64,000 nt of DNA from an uncultured delta proteobacterium (GTDB lineage Bacteria; Desulfobacterota; Binatia; UBA9968). Both the position numbers and the translations under genes were made by a program. A model generated the notes under the pieces. The model was not told the DNA's origin and ran no database searches. It was given only the letters and a program-made list of their open reading frames with translations. Shown here one piece after another: positions 62,799-64,000 of the stretch (positions are counted from its first letter, which is position 1; each line of letters begins with the position of its first letter). The stretch lies in NCBI GenBank assembly GCA_963816145.1, contig CAWFJP010000011.1, positions 465,630-529,629 of the forward strand, read 5' to 3'.

Positions 62799-63575
62799 CT
62801 AGTGGGCGAGCCGGCCGGAAGGTCGGCCAATATGAATATGCGGGCCGGTGGCGGCGCCAGGGACCGCGCCGCGGAACGCAAGAAAGGGAATGCCTGACTT
62901 ACGCAAATAATTTATCAGCGCTTGGCCTTCGCCGCTGTCGGGATGAAGTCCGACATCCATCGAATCACGATGATCGAACCCTAAGCGATTATGAGTATCC
63001 GACTGACCGAGTGCCGTGACCGGCAAACGACGCCCAAATGCTTGGGAAAAGAATCTCTCGACCCTTGGCGTTTCGGCGATCGACCACTTGAACGGTCCGT
63101 TGAAGCGCGTCAATTCCGCCGTCTGGCTAAAGCCGCCAACCGGCAAGTCCGGCAGGCGTAAAACTTTTTCACCTAAAATCGCTTCGGTGATGGCGATATC
63201 GGTCTCGGTCACGTTGTAGCGCATGGCGTGGACGCGCTTGAGCGCCGCCACGAACGCTTGCTCGGTCTGTTGCACCTGTGCTTTGGCAACGCCGCCTTCC
63301 TGCAAGAGCTTGCGCTGGCGAATCACCTCGGCGCGCAGCGCCGACTGTTCGCGCTCGAATTGGGCAAGCTGGAGTCGATCCTTGGCGAGCGACTCTCTCA
63401 TTTTGGCGACGGCATCATTCCCCGAAGTTTCGACAGTCGCACTTCCCTTGATCCAAGGCAGGCGAAAATTCTCACGTCCGGTCGCAAATAATATCAACAT
63501 CATCGCCACAGGGAAAAATGCCGCCCCGGCGATCAAGTAGCGATTCTTGAGAACTTCATCGAGCATGAAGCCCAA
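62799..63575 (-). CDS. Membrane-anchored coiled-coil protein with same C-terminal domain (paralog B)
   Basis: N-terminal TM, coiled coil, GQ..TH...FDH...MDV.LHP...HIHIG; start may be ATG 63566. Confidence 0.8.
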   Translation of the reverse strand: MGFMLDEVLKNRYLIAGAAFFPVAMMLILFATGRENFRLPWIKGSATVETSGNDAVAKMRESLAKDRLQLAQFEREQSALRAEVIRQRKLLQEGGVAKAQVQQTEQAFVAALKRVHAMRYNVTETDIAITEAILGEKVLRLPDLPVGGFSQTAELTRFNGPFKWSIAETPRVERFFSQAFGRRLPVTALGQSDTHNRLGFDHRDSMDVGLHPDSGEGQALINYLRKSGIPFLAFRGAVPGAATGPHIHIGRPSGRLAH

Positions 63576-63578
63576 AGT

Positions 63579-63926
63579 TTAAGGGCTCGACCCTGGCAGG
63601 TCAAGCCGAACAGACCCGCCAAGTTTCTCGTTAACCAAGATCAAGTCGACTTTGAGCTTGACAAGTTCGCCGGCGAAACCGGCTATTCGACTCACGTCGC
63701 CGTCCGCGCGTCGATATTCGAATAGGATGTTCTTGCCTTCGATCCAGCCCAGTTCCCGCGTGCCGTCACGGAATGCTTCGATATTGCGTTTGGTGGCATC
63801 CGCAGAACTGCTTGACAGTATTCCGATGCGTGGCATTTTGCTGGTCTGCAACTGTGCACCGACCCAGGAAACCATCGCGAAAACGAAAGTGAGTCCTATA
63901 ACGAGAGACTTTGTCATCTTCCTCAT
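63579..63926 (-). pseudogene. Truncated ABC transporter substrate-binding protein
   Basis: Signal peptide, PRIG.L, EAFR.G.RELGW.EGKNI..EYR.ADG, ELV.LKVD; ends at 115 aa whereas the family is typically ~300 aa. Confidence 0.8.
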
Positions 63927-64000
63927 AATGCCCTCTAACTCTTGCCTATTGCCTCGTGCCTAAAGCCTGTTTTCATCGAATCACCCGATCCGCCCGCGCC

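Overview
Bacterial chromosomal window of moderately high GC. The gene repertoire (orphan ABC substrate-binding proteins, amidohydrolases, 4,5-dihydroxyphthalate-decarboxylase-like proteins, deltaproteobacterial-type housekeeping genes) suggests Candidatus Binatia/Binatota; this is an inference. Contents in order: the end of a histidine kinase followed by a sensor-only membrane protein and a QseG-like lipoprotein; a decarboxylase-like/amidohydrolase cluster with thiD; a long minus-strand housekeeping run (gyrB-gyrA-gpsA-rpmH-rnpA-yidD-yidC-jag, ispG-proS-pyrF) with no dnaA/dnaN/recF; a cobalamin uptake/salvage locus with two cobalamin riboswitches (tonB, btuBFCD, cobQ, motif-degenerate cobS-like); acyl-CoA dehydrogenases; a protease-rich stretch (HtrA, LonC-like, BepA-like M48, PepF, DegP); crcB; degenerate ribBA; panE; a diheme cytochrome c with a contracted CxCH motif; moxR; mltG; a stand-alone CimA regulatory domain; glgP behind a sigma54-type promoter; a NUDIX hydrolase; and two tandem uncharacterised paralogs with a putative Zn-peptidase motif. 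I saw no rRNA, tRNA, CRISPR array, transposase or prophage. Several gene remnants or frameshifts and short palindromic intergenic repeats are present. No single complete new system can be proven from sequence alone. The best candidates are the tandem HxH-motif proteins, the paralogous hypothetical family sharing an ECF promoter with degP, the CxCH cytochrome, the sensor-only/QseG module and the loop-expanded riboswitch.
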